In this document: positions 51,901-59,720 of the stretch, one piece after another | Numbering within the stretch: the first letter of the stretch is position 1 | How the letters are laid out: every line of letters starts with the position of its first letter | IMG/VR virus record: IMGVR_UViG_3300018411_000017 | Reading direction: 5' to 3' (one strand) | Origin: a virus | Lineage: Duplodnaviria; Heunggongvirae; Uroviricota; Caudoviricetes | DNA: 61,031 bases | Position numbers and translations under genes: made by a program | Notes under the pieces: generated by a model | What the model was told of the DNA's origin: nothing | The model's input: only the letters and a program-made list of their open reading frames with translations | Databases searched by the model: none

Positions 51901-53298
51901 GAAAAATTAGTCGAACCTCATCATGAAAAATGGGTTAGAAAGGCTAGCAAGGTTAAAGAGCTAGTGTCTGTCGCATTGTTAGGTTTTAACTTTTCATCCG
52001 CCGCAAGGGACTTTTTACAAGGAGTATTAAGTAATACTATCATGACAGCTTCTAAAGCATTTGGATATAAGATTAGCAAAACAGCCCTGCTAAAAGCTTA
52101 TGGATTTCTATTTGCGGAATCAAAACAAATGTTTAACAACATCACTCTTATAGATGAGTTTAACAAAGTTTATGGAATATCTATGATGGATGTTAATAGA
52201 TTAAATGAAAGAAGTATGATTGCTCAAAACGGGTTATTTACATTCAGAGGGGAACAGATGTTTGCTTTTAATAGTTTATCCGATTTCTATAATAGGATGA
52301 GTTTGTTTTTAGCAAAGATGATAGAAGATGGATCTTTGGAAGCTCATAGAATGGTTAATAATAAGCTTGTTTATGATTGGAAAATGGATAAAAGATTTAA
52401 CGTATATTCTAAAGGACCAAAATATAAAGATAATCCTGATTATGATAAACAAAGGGGATTGTATCTTTCTTTGATGTATGATTTTAACAAACAGAAACTG
52501 ACTGATAAACCGTTAAAAGAAGGAGATGATCTTCCTCAAGCTTATACTTATGAAGATATAAACTCAGTAAAATCATTCTCTAATATCATACATGGTTATT
52601 ATGATAAGAATGACCAGATCATGTTTCAACATACATGGTTTGGGGTTGCTTTTATGCATTTTAGAATATGGCTAACAGCTAAAAAAGATCAATATTTGTT
52701 ATCTAGAAATATATATAGTATAGGAGAGCGCAAGCAAGGTAAAACACCAGACGGACAATTGCTCTGGTTTAAAGCTGGAGACAACGGAGAATCAGAAGTT
52801 ACTACTGAAGAAACTGGTGTTCCATATTATCCTCTTGAGGGTTCTGTAATGGAAGGTATGTTAGTTTCTATTGGTAGGTTCTTCAAGAATGTTCATGAGT
52901 CAAAATACAGCATTAAAGAAATGGCTAGAATGATAAAAGACGATAAACTATTTAGATCTAATATGTTAGCGTTTAGTTCTAATACATTGGTTTATACTTT
53001 GATTATGGCTATGATAGCCAATATAGATTGGCCTGAATTACAAGAGGACAGTCCTGTTTTATCTAAAATAGCATGGACTTTAAGTAAGTCTGGAGAAGAC
53101 TTGTTTATAATCAATAACGTAAGCATGATTACTAATCCCACCAGTATGATTCCAATTGTTAGTTATACTTATGGCGCTGTGGAAAACATATCTAACTTAG
53201 CAACTGATAAAATAAAAGCTTCGAGAGCTATTTTAAACTCTGTTGGTATGACTAGACCTTTTTCTGGATTATTAGAAGTAACAAATACAGAAGATTAA
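48907..53298 (+). CDS. Giant virion protein with PD-(D/E)xK nuclease domain
   Basis: 1463 aa; FGTELH...VGIIDLLV...IYDYKT (49390-49686); hydrophobic helical C-terminus like other phage internal proteins. Confidence 0.7.
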   Translation: MSNCGFKLKVGEDVIEFDDIKALRSFLKNNYHRIKHMDSVFNVRFSKSGSDRFSESQAKVESIINESIKLTSEFNEEGERKITASGYTGVNKFMESVKSMAGKQLVNVFDADNYVKNSLPKKIAELQSDPLFSNLNEQELQKEATAQLYNNVKEFKQLGKFGTELHYVSDLFYKDGVTEPHIVFEKIKEKFPDSLFTETVVENMLKYVKDTANELYKRHGNGAKIYSEFVIHDPETKIVGIIDLLVLDEDGNVHIYDYKTSHKKAYDWDNDKLNRMKYQMAFYNQLVGKKGLIANSINLLPINLSEVDYATGVVKGIDTDQEWIDVTDAIKSGYYQQEANAHIPVTLASLMDKAITNDDIKKELGDAFGYSIQTNINIESFKIRKDRNGKEYFFNMLTGKQVYLDGTEEENQAKVDAYKKEYMASENLAVSQMKHNAKQYLSIEEDGKRVFYPGNDSKQLAFEKLLRPYKDSNWQIVEDDDLDALGIIAFQNTLTKTVDFISLTSNDIDSYLKLNKGKTILGNFYADRYIEEDFKLMKSQTKNIEALKVAMWMNSKADMFKSYGYNIGDIRIASTNLSKIDGVKTSSILYNYNKLCKETGIEYKLSGIKQANPYDILLSRVLSIIMSDEKLESYGSAKNTIKNIGKELEGQEVGKSFTENLSAEQIQDKLDELKKISESIRNIDKEKLDFGNEVHYLYSLVQSAIVYYEGLEVAYVDDIKDAAFNESRLFTSINNFANETIQMFKNVISRARSNINYIYNQFDTRINNLLLGYFREAGFTRDQQIIYGKTTQVYDNLWLKDDNGNVTQDFRLKDPRDGSLKEYEKRFLESFLEELNAYRYTSEEAISEAKLNGNYYKMPLIKVRGVMRLKQKGVWNATKESFINSIDFNNFFDEELADHTRHLKSMDSVYNQFTTQDNSLKRENMIIEHGIEEFEQDLQSIIKLYALTHIRTKELNKILPVINAVRVTNEFKNAGLATKVTDHIDEFIKNYVKVNLFNEKLVEPHHEKWVRKASKVKELVSVALLGFNFSSAARDFLQGVLSNTIMTASKAFGYKISKTALLKAYGFLFAESKQMFNNITLIDEFNKVYGISMMDVNRLNERSMIAQNGLFTFRGEQMFAFNSLSDFYNRMSLFLAKMIEDGSLEAHRMVNNKLVYDWKMDKRFNVYSKGPKYKDNPDYDKQRGLYLSLMYDFNKQKLTDKPLKEGDDLPQAYTYEDINSVKSFSNIIHGYYDKNDQIMFQHTWFGVAFMHFRIWLTAKKDQYLLSRNIYSIGERKQGKTPDGQLLWFKAGDNGESEVTTEETGVPYYPLEGSVMEGMLVSIGRFFKNVHESKYSIKEMARMIKDDKLFRSNMLAFSSNTLVYTLIMAMIANIDWPELQEDSPVLSKIAWTLSKSGEDLFIINNVSMITNPTSMIPIVSYTYGAVENISNLATDKIKASRAILNSVGMTRPFSGLLEVTNTED

Positions 53299-53330
53299 TT
53301 TGATGGATGAAAAATTATTCATATATTTGC
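53299..53330 (+). promoter_or_regulatory. Full Bacteroidota sigma-A promoter (-33 TTTG, -7 TATATTTG)
   Basis: TTTG 53299-53302, 19-nt spacer, TATATTTG 53322-53329. Confidence 0.75.
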
Positions 53331-53361
53331 ATTATATTATTAACTAAAAAATATTAAAATT

Positions 53362-53970
53362 ATGAATGATTTAAACAGCAATGATGTTAGAGTATCTAAC
53401 GAGGGAACAATTTTTATTAACGGTAATGCTCTAAACGGTTCTATTTATGTTTCCGGGATCGGTCCAGTAATCGAAGAGACTAATAAGGTTTATTTGTTTA
53501 CTGCTTCTGGTACATCTGACAAAAGTCCAGCATTGGCGGAAAGTAAAGCTAAAGCTAATGGCAATATTCTTGGTCTTAAAAAAACTAGAATAGAAATCCT
53601 AGATCTTACTAATAAAGAAATAGTAAATGAAAAGCCTGGCTTTCTTTATAATGAAGTGACTCATGGGTCGTATAGAATGAATTATATTTCTTGTAGTGGA
53701 AGATTGGATGAGGATGAATTTTTATCATCAGCAGTAGGAATATTGGAGTTGTCAAGAAATAATGGACCAGGCAAAATCGGTATATGCTTCTTTGCTACTA
53801 GTACAATAGATGACTTTGATGGCATTAGAGCTTATATTACAGATTCTTTAATAGAGTTATATAATGAAGCTTTTAGTTCTGATTATACAATTGTAAACTT
53901 TCATACGGCCATTGAAGGTCTTGATTTAACTAAAGAATTTGGAACTGTTGTTGCCGCTATAGTAGACTAA
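53362..53970 (+). CDS. Hypothetical protein in its own transcription unit
   Basis: 202 aa ORF between a consensus promoter and a terminator; no family recognised. Confidence 0.7.
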   Translation: MNDLNSNDVRVSNEGTIFINGNALNGSIYVSGIGPVIEETNKVYLFTASGTSDKSPALAESKAKANGNILGLKKTRIEILDLTNKEIVNEKPGFLYNEVTHGSYRMNYISCSGRLDEDEFLSSAVGILELSRNNGPGKIGICFFATSTIDDFDGIRAYITDSLIELYNEAFSSDYTIVNFHTAIEGLDLTKEFGTVVAAIVD

Positions 53971-54022
53971 AAAAAAATAACCCCCTACCATCTCGCATAA
54001 AGCTTGACGATAGGGGGTTTTG
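53971..54022. terminator. Bidirectional terminator at the convergence of the two genome arms
   Basis: AACCCCCTA...TAGGGGGTT inverted repeat with an A run on the left and T run on the right, between convergent genes. Confidence 0.75.
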
Positions 54023-54304
54023 CTATGTTATAATAGCATTAACAATGTTTGATTTTTTATCTTTTACAAGAGTTATATCAACTCCATAGGAATCTTTGTC
54101 TATAGCGATCTTTTTTATAGTTTCATAAGGATCAAATATTCCAATTTGGAATCCTGTTGCTATTTGATTTAACTCTTTTGTCGTTGGATCTTTTCCTCTT
54201 TTAATATTAAAGCAATAAGTTAAAAACCAAAAGAATTCCTCCTGAGACGAAATTTCATTTAATATGATTTTTCTTAATATGATTTTAAACTTCTCTTTAT
54301 CCAT
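54023..54304 (-). CDS. Hypothetical protein
   Basis: 93 aa ORF, last of the minus-strand run; TAATG-coupled to the upstream gene. Confidence 0.7.
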   Translation of the reverse strand: MDKEKFKIILRKIILNEISSQEEFFWFLTYCFNIKRGKDPTTKELNQIATGFQIGIFDPYETIKKIAIDKDSYGVDITLVKDKKSNIVNAIIT

Positions 54305-54468
54305 TATTTTAATGTCACTATTATAGTATTAATATCGTAATCATATAGGATATTTATAATACTATAAGTTCTATCTGCTATTTTTACGGTAGCAGACAAT
54401 ACTTCTGGAAATGGGACATTATACTTTTCAAGTATAATTTCTCCTGTTTTTACAAATTGTATTTTCAT
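54304..54468 (-). CDS. Small hypothetical protein (54 aa, not in supplied ORF track)
   Basis: Translated by hand as MKIQFVKTGEIILEKYNVPFPEVLSATVKIADRTYSIINILYDYDINTIIVTLK*. Fills the gap exactly, with ATGA and TAATG couplings. Confidence 0.75.
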   Translation of the reverse strand: MKIQFVKTGEIILEKYNVPFPEVLSATVKIADRTYSIINILYDYDINTIIVTLK

Positions 54469-54791
54469 GTTGTTTTTATTTGTAAATTATTTATATAATC
54501 TTTTACTTTTAGATAAGCTTCATCTGTTATAACCGAATCCCAGAATTTATCATTCGATTCTTTATTAAATGATTTTTCCATTATGGCACTATGACAATCT
54601 TTCCCCCAATTAAATCCGCCTTCACATTTCAATGCTCCAAATTTTCCTACAAATACATTTATATCCATTGGATTAACTTCCGACTGTTCATATAACATAT
54701 AAACCATAAGTGGTTTTGACTTATTACGTATAGCGCCCGTCATAAATGGTGACATAAAATCATAAGTCCTTTTCTTAGGAGTTATTCTCAT
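54465..54791 (-). CDS. Small paralog family A member (GGF[DN]W...FW motif)
   Basis: YMLYEQ..DINVF..EGGFNW..KFWDSVI. Confidence 0.75.
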   Translation of the reverse strand: MRITPKKRTYDFMSPFMTGAIRNKSKPLMVYMLYEQSEVNPMDINVFVGKFGALKCEGGFNWGKDCHSAIMEKSFNKESNDKFWDSVITDEAYLKVKDYINNLQIKTT

Positions 54792-55051
54792 GGTTTATAT
54801 TCTTTGAAAAAATAACTAAAATCTTCTTTGCCTATAACTCTATCCCAAAAGTCAAATCCTTGAGATGTAGCATTCCAGTCAAACCCTCCATGTGATGCAT
54901 CGCGAGACTTAAAGCACTGAAAAACTCTAACATCGCTAACATTGCCTTGTATAAGTTGTTCTCTAATCATAGCCTTTATAATTTCTATGGGAAATCCTGT
55001 TAAATCGCGTATTGCATCATCATTTTCAATTACCTTATATCCTATCTTCAT
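54788..55051 (-). CDS. Small paralog family A member
   Basis: AMIREQ..DVRVFQ..HGGFDW..DFWDRVI. Confidence 0.8.
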   Translation of the reverse strand: MKIGYKVIENDDAIRDLTGFPIEIIKAMIREQLIQGNVSDVRVFQCFKSRDASHGGFDWNATSQGFDFWDRVIGKEDFSYFFKEYKP

Positions 55052-55302
55052 TCTCTATATTCTCTAAAAAACATCTCAAAATCTTGATCCATTATAACTT
55101 TACTCCAAAAACTGCGACCATTTTTAGTAGCAGACCAGTTAAATCCTTTACCATATTGACTAGCGCTAGGTCTTTCTATGAATACAGAGATGTCTCTATA
55201 CCCAATTTGCCTTTCTTGTTCAATTAGCATAGCTTCTATAACTTGTTTTGGGAATGTTTTAATCTCTTTTAAATCTTCGTTTTGCTTTTGGCCTATTTTC
55301 AT
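55048..55302 (-). CDS. Small paralog family A member
   Basis: AMLIEQ..DISVFI..GKGFNW..SFWSKVI. Confidence 0.8.
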   Translation of the reverse strand: MKIGQKQNEDLKEIKTFPKQVIEAMLIEQERQIGYRDISVFIERPSASQYGKGFNWSATKNGRSFWSKVIMDQDFEMFFREYRE

Positions 55303-55450
55303 TTTCTTGAGATTTTATAAAAGATTTAAATGCTTCATCTACTGTTGTTGCACTAAATATAGAGTATTTTGATATTGACATTGACGCCATCCATTCTTTG
55401 AATTCTTCAAACGATCTGCTAAAGTCTTCTTCTTTTTTCTCTATTTTCAT
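55259..55450 (-). CDS. Small hypothetical protein with MKI start
   Basis: 63 aa; overlaps both neighbours; lacks the family A motif. Confidence 0.6.
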   Translation of the reverse strand: MKIEKKEEDFSRSFEEFKEWMASMSISKYSIFSATTVDEAFKSFIKSQENENRPKAKRRFKRD

Positions 55451-55775
55451 AATTTTCTAATTCTCGTTTAACTATTTCAAACTCATTATCATATATACAG
55501 TTTTCCCAAAATTCCATAGAATATTCGTCAAATTCATATACATATTGTCCAATTTCTATTCCAAAGCGCACTTCATTCCAATCAAACCCTCCATTTTCTT
55601 CGCTTGCATAAATGCACTGTTGAAAAACAAATGGATCAACACTATGATTAAATAGCCACTGATTATAAAACATATAAACAATAAAAGAATCGAATAAACC
55701 TTCTAGATCTCCCGTTTTATACTTTTGAATAAAATCATAGTTTCTTTCAGTGTTATATTTTTTAACAATTTTCAT
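55419..55775 (-). CDS. Small paralog family A member
   Basis: GDLEG..YMFYNQ..DPFVFQ..NGGFDW..EFWENCI. Confidence 0.8.
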   Translation of the reverse strand: MKIVKKYNTERNYDFIQKYKTGDLEGLFDSFIVYMFYNQWLFNHSVDPFVFQQCIYASEENGGFDWNEVRFGIEIGQYVYEFDEYSMEFWENCIYDNEFEIVKRELENYENREKRRRL

Positions 55776-56103
55776 TTATATATTTCTTTATTGTATTATA
55801 ATTCCTATCAGTAACAGCGCCTTCCCAGAACTCTGACCAGTCTTTATAACTTCTGTCATTATTATCAATATATCGAATGATTTCATCCTCATAATCTGTA
55901 TTATGCCAATTAAATCCTCCTTCATAAACTGAAGCGGCGATGTCTTGTTGAAATATGGAAGGTCTTATAAACGTTTGAGTTTTTAGCTGTTCATTTAACA
56001 TAAATACAATAAAAGACCCATCAAAATAAATAAGATCACCTACTTTGATTTTATTTAAAAAACTATAATCTCTAGTAAGATCTTTTTTCTGCTCTATTTT
56101 CAT
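55762..56103 (-). CDS. Small paralog family A member
   Basis: GDLIY..FMLNEQ..SIFQ..EGGFNW..EFWEGAV. Confidence 0.8.
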   Translation of the reverse strand: MKIEQKKDLTRDYSFLNKIKVGDLIYFDGSFIVFMLNEQLKTQTFIRPSIFQQDIAASVYEGGFNWHNTDYEDEIIRYIDNNDRSYKDWSEFWEGAVTDRNYNTIKKYINENC

Positions 56104-56416
56104 CTTCTAAATATTGTTTAATATCTAAATATTCATAATAAGGAACAACATCTTCCCAATTTCCTTCTTTACGGTTAAATCCGCATATTTGATTTGAAAT
56201 TAAATACTCAAATTCAGGGAAGTAACTCCAGTCAAATCCACCACCATGTGTGCTTCGTGAAATGCATTCCTGAAAAACTCTTATATCATATTTATGATGG
56301 ACTATTTTTTGGAAATGAAGTAGTGCAAATATGAAGCTATTATCATCAATGCGTAAATCCCCAATCTTATGAGGTTTTAAGCATTTATAATCTCTTTTAG
56401 ATATTCCTATTTTCAT
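56072..56416 (-). CDS. Small paralog family A member
   Basis: GDLRI..LLHFQ..DIRVFQ..GGGFDW..NWEDVV. Confidence 0.75.
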   Translation of the reverse strand: MKIGISKRDYKCLKPHKIGDLRIDDNSFIFALLHFQKIVHHKYDIRVFQECISRSTHGGGFDWSYFPEFEYLISNQICGFNRKEGNWEDVVPYYEYLDIKQYLEDENRAEKRSY

Positions 56417-56958
56417 TTTACTGTATTTTTTAAATCTAACCCTTCAAATGACCATGATTGATCTTGTATAAGCCTTAACGTTTTAACTTCTGCCCATGAA
56501 GTTATTTTAAAACTTATTTTATTTAACCCATAATCAACGCTTTCAAGTTCTTTTATTACATCGTACTCCAATGCCTGTATGTTAATCTCAGATCTATTAT
56601 GAGCCATTATGTAATCCGCTATTTTGCTCATTACTATTGCTGATAAAGTTGTATCTGGATGAGATATAGTGTTATATAATTTATATATATCGTTAATAGC
56701 ATAGTTCATGACTGACTTTATAGTGATTGTTTTTCCGTCTTTTGTTGATATGGTTTGTATAGGCATATCAATTGCTCTAAGTCTTATTGATTGAAGATAT
56801 ACTTGGTCTATGAATGGGACTTTAAAATAAAATCCTCCATGCAAAACTTTAATGTTTTTTCCCAATCTAACGAATACAGCTTGCTCCCATGGCGTCACTA
56901 TGAACCACCATGAGAACAACTGTTTGATAAATTGTATAATTTGATTAACGGCTTCCAT
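56413..56958 (-). CDS. SPFH / band 7 domain protein
   Basis: IVTPWEQAVFVRLGK..GGFYFKVPFIDQV..RAIDMPIQTISTKDGKTITI matches the SPFH signature. Confidence 0.85.
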   Translation of the reverse strand: MEAVNQIIQFIKQLFSWWFIVTPWEQAVFVRLGKNIKVLHGGFYFKVPFIDQVYLQSIRLRAIDMPIQTISTKDGKTITIKSVMNYAINDIYKLYNTISHPDTTLSAIVMSKIADYIMAHNRSEINIQALEYDVIKELESVDYGLNKISFKITSWAEVKTLRLIQDQSWSFEGLDLKNTVK

Positions 56959-57565
56959 TCATCCACATCTTTACATTAGAATTTTCTTTTATTTGTTTAT
57001 CTACTCTAAATATAACTTCTTCATGACTTATAGGTTTATATTCATTTAAATCAACTCCAACGTCGTATTGCGTTGGCAACATAAATTCAGCCCTAGGTGT
57101 ATCAAGCCCTGTTGAATTAGGAGCTAAATGCAAATGACCAAATAATTGGATTTCATTTCTATAACTTCCAGCATAGCATAAATACGGATAATGGTGCATA
57201 TGTATAATCCGATTGTTTATTCTAATTGTCTTATGAGTTGTTACTTCTTCAAATAACAAACTTTTAAAACCATTAGCATGAAACGCTTTTGGATCATGAT
57301 TCCCTAATATTAAATAGATTTTTCCATTTAATTGGCTTCTAATATCTATCCAATCGTTCATAGAACATTTCATTGCAAAATCTCCTAAATGAAAAACTAT
57401 ATCAGACGGTTTTACTACTGAGTTCCAATTTTCTATAAGTTTTTCATTCATATCTTTTTTGTCAACAAAAGGTCTATAACAAAATTTAATTATAGCTTCA
57501 TGATAAAAATGGGTGTCTGATGTGTAAAATACTCTATCTCCGTCAAATTCTTCTATTTCTCCCAT
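56945..57565 (-). CDS. Calcineurin-like metallophosphoesterase
   Basis: SDTHFYH, HLGDF, LGNHD, HYP and FGHLH motifs. Confidence 0.9.
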   Translation of the reverse strand: MGEIEEFDGDRVFYTSDTHFYHEAIIKFCYRPFVDKKDMNEKLIENWNSVVKPSDIVFHLGDFAMKCSMNDWIDIRSQLNGKIYLILGNHDPKAFHANGFKSLLFEEVTTHKTIRINNRIIHMHHYPYLCYAGSYRNEIQLFGHLHLAPNSTGLDTPRAEFMLPTQYDVGVDLNEYKPISHEEVIFRVDKQIKENSNVKMWMNGSR

Positions 57566-58467
57566 TGCAATTCAGGAATTAGTTTTAATATTAAATCAGC
57601 AACATATCTAGCATCTTTATGAGCACTTTTATCCGTTCTAAGCTTCAAAAACTTAATCCAGTTATCTTTTGTTGCAGTCATAACCAAAGGTGAATAAAGG
57701 CTAAAAGAAATAGCATAGCGAGCGTCTTCTTTACTATACCCTTCTGATAACATTTGATAATAATAGTCTTCAGAAGATATACATGATTTTATCCATGTTT
57801 TATCAGCTAGAAACTCTAGACTATCTTCTTTATTGATTATCATACCTTCAGGATAATCGGATTTGAGTCCTGTTGGTATAATAAACGATACGTTATTGTC
57901 AAATTTGTCTTTTCTGAAATCACAATATCTTGTTGATTGTCTTGCGTAAGAAAAATCGGTATCATGCAATATGGCCACTTCTAACGGTGCTTGGTCTTGT
58001 GCAATCGTTCTATGTCTTAAAAAAGACTCACCCGTTATTCTATCAGTATGAACTAATAAAGTATATACATCTTTATGGTACTCGGTTTTATCACTTATGA
58101 ATTTAATATCATCATCAAACCAATCATTCTCTATTAAAACTCGTAAGTTTGTCGTTATGTATACACATTCATTATTATACCATATATAAGAATATGGATT
58201 CTTATCATACTTTTCAGCTATTAAAACTGAACTATATTCTAATGGATCTAAATTTTTGGGATCTATTTTTAAATAAACGGCAGCATGCTCAAGCATACCG
58301 TGATGGCCTGATTTAATCATTTTTTGAGTAAATGCGCTAGCGCTTTCTTTAGTCATGTTATCATAGCTAAAATAACAAGTTCTACCAGCCATTTCTACCT
58401 GCTTAAATATACCATGTAATTTAGGCTCTTGCTTTATCCACTCTACGTTATGATGTTTTAATATCAT
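57553..58467 (-). CDS. thyX: Flavin-dependent thymidylate synthase
   Basis: AGRTCY, GHHGMLEH, FLRHR...QSTRYC, EDARY and LKLR..AH.DAR motifs. Confidence 0.88.
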   Translation of the reverse strand: MILKHHNVEWIKQEPKLHGIFKQVEMAGRTCYFSYDNMTKESASAFTQKMIKSGHHGMLEHAAVYLKIDPKNLDPLEYSSVLIAEKYDKNPYSYIWYNNECVYITTNLRVLIENDWFDDDIKFISDKTEYHKDVYTLLVHTDRITGESFLRHRTIAQDQAPLEVAILHDTDFSYARQSTRYCDFRKDKFDNNVSFIIPTGLKSDYPEGMIINKEDSLEFLADKTWIKSCISSEDYYYQMLSEGYSKEDARYAISFSLYSPLVMTATKDNWIKFLKLRTDKSAHKDARYVADLILKLIPELQWEK

Positions 58468-58485
58468 TTAAAATTAAATTTAATA

Positions 58486-58839
58486 TTATTTGTAATCATC
58501 TAAACCCTTTACTATCTTTTCTTGATTTTTATATAAATAATCCAATAATATAAGGCATTGTTCTTCTGTTTTTGCGTAAGGCCATTGCCCTCCATAATTG
58601 TATCCAAAAAGATGTTTAACTATATGTGATTTACGATCATCTGATATACCTAAATGTTTAAAAAGAATATCATTTGAACCTTCAAATGATAGAAAATATG
58701 CAGATGGTCCATCGTCGCTTAATCTAAATATGTATAAATTACTAATCTCTTTTGATATTTCTATAGAAAGAGTCCCTCTATTCATATATTGAATATATTC
58801 ATATCTAAAATTTGGATATATTTTTTTAACTATTTTCAT
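58486..58839 (-). CDS. Small paralog family B member
   Basis: GGQWPYAKTEEQCLILLDYLY. Confidence 0.75.
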   Translation of the reverse strand: MKIVKKIYPNFRYEYIQYMNRGTLSIEISKEISNLYIFRLSDDGPSAYFLSFEGSNDILFKHLGISDDRKSHIVKHLFGYNYGGQWPYAKTEEQCLILLDYLYKNQEKIVKGLDDYK

Positions 58840-59272
58840 TTTTATATTGACTTATTATAGTTTTCAATAAAAGTATTTTTTCATCCTCATCACAACATTG
58901 ATTTTGTATTATATTATATATGTCATTTTGTAAATCGTATAACATTTTCAGTATTATCAAACACTCTTCGGCTGTTTTACACCATGGGAAAGTCCCATTG
59001 GAATCTTCAAATATAGGTTTTCTTTTTAACAGTCTTGAAGTAATAAAAGGACTTATTTCTTTTTTCCATTGATATATAAAACCTTTAGCCATTTTATCTA
59101 TCATGTATGGATCAATATATAAAGCTGTTTCTGATTCAAGTATAATAAGCTTTATAGGTCTCAGAATCTCATTTGTATATGTTATAGTTCCGATCTCAAG
59201 ATCTCCCCATTTATTGGTAAATATAGCATCCAAAGAATATTCAAAAACCATCTTTTTTTTTACTATTTTCAT
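58826..59272 (-). CDS. Small paralog family B member
   Basis: NGTFPWCKTAEECLIILKMLY; closely similar to 59241-59711. Confidence 0.8.
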   Translation of the reverse strand: MKIVKKKMVFEYSLDAIFTNKWGDLEIGTITYTNEILRPIKLIILESETALYIDPYMIDKMAKGFIYQWKKEISPFITSRLLKRKPIFEDSNGTFPWCKTAEECLIILKMLYDLQNDIYNIIQNQCCDEDEKILLLKTIISQYKNENS

Positions 59273-59711
59273 AATTGTATTTTGATATTACTCTTTTTAT
59301 AAAATAGACTTTTTGATCATTATCATAGCATATGTTATGAGCTATATTATATATATCGCTTTGTATGTTATATAACATTTTTAAAACTATAATACATTCA
59401 TCTACATTCTCGCACCATGGAAAATTTCCTGGAGATCCCTTCTTTAAAGATGGTCTGTCAAACAATTGATTAACTATAAATCCACTTATATAAGTTCTCC
59501 ATTCAGTGATGAAATTAATGCCGATAAGTTTATCTAATAAATCATCTGCCTCAATGTATAAGTCTCCACTAACTGATCCAACGACTAACTCGCTAGTTGT
59601 TGATTCGTCAGAAAGCTGAAGGCGTCCTATCTCTGTATATTCCCTATTTTTTTTAAACGGATTATCATACAAATAATATTCAAATATTTTTATTTGTTTT
59701 GTTATTTTCAT
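59241..59711 (-). CDS. Small paralog family B member
   Basis: PGNFPWCENVDECIIVLKMLY. Confidence 0.8.
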   Translation of the reverse strand: MKITKQIKIFEYYLYDNPFKKNREYTEIGRLQLSDESTTSELVVGSVSGDLYIEADDLLDKLIGINFITEWRTYISGFIVNQLFDRPSLKKGSPGNFPWCENVDECIIVLKMLYNIQSDIYNIAHNICYDNDQKVYFIKRVISKYNYENSKKKDGF

Positions 59712-59720
59712 TTTGTTTTA

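Noticed and set aside
26966-53298. Inteins or further introns in the giant genes
   Set aside because: No Hint-domain splice motifs, LAGLIDADG motifs or group I core elements were recognised, and the frames are continuous.
745-55372. Numerous 60-185 aa ORFs antisense to or nested in long genes (e.g. 22890-23447, 12644-13006, 35014-35376, 7328-7675, 55012-55227, 55178-55372)
   Set aside because: They lie opposite well-supported genes, have S/L/I/F-rich shadow composition and no motifs, promoters or coupling.
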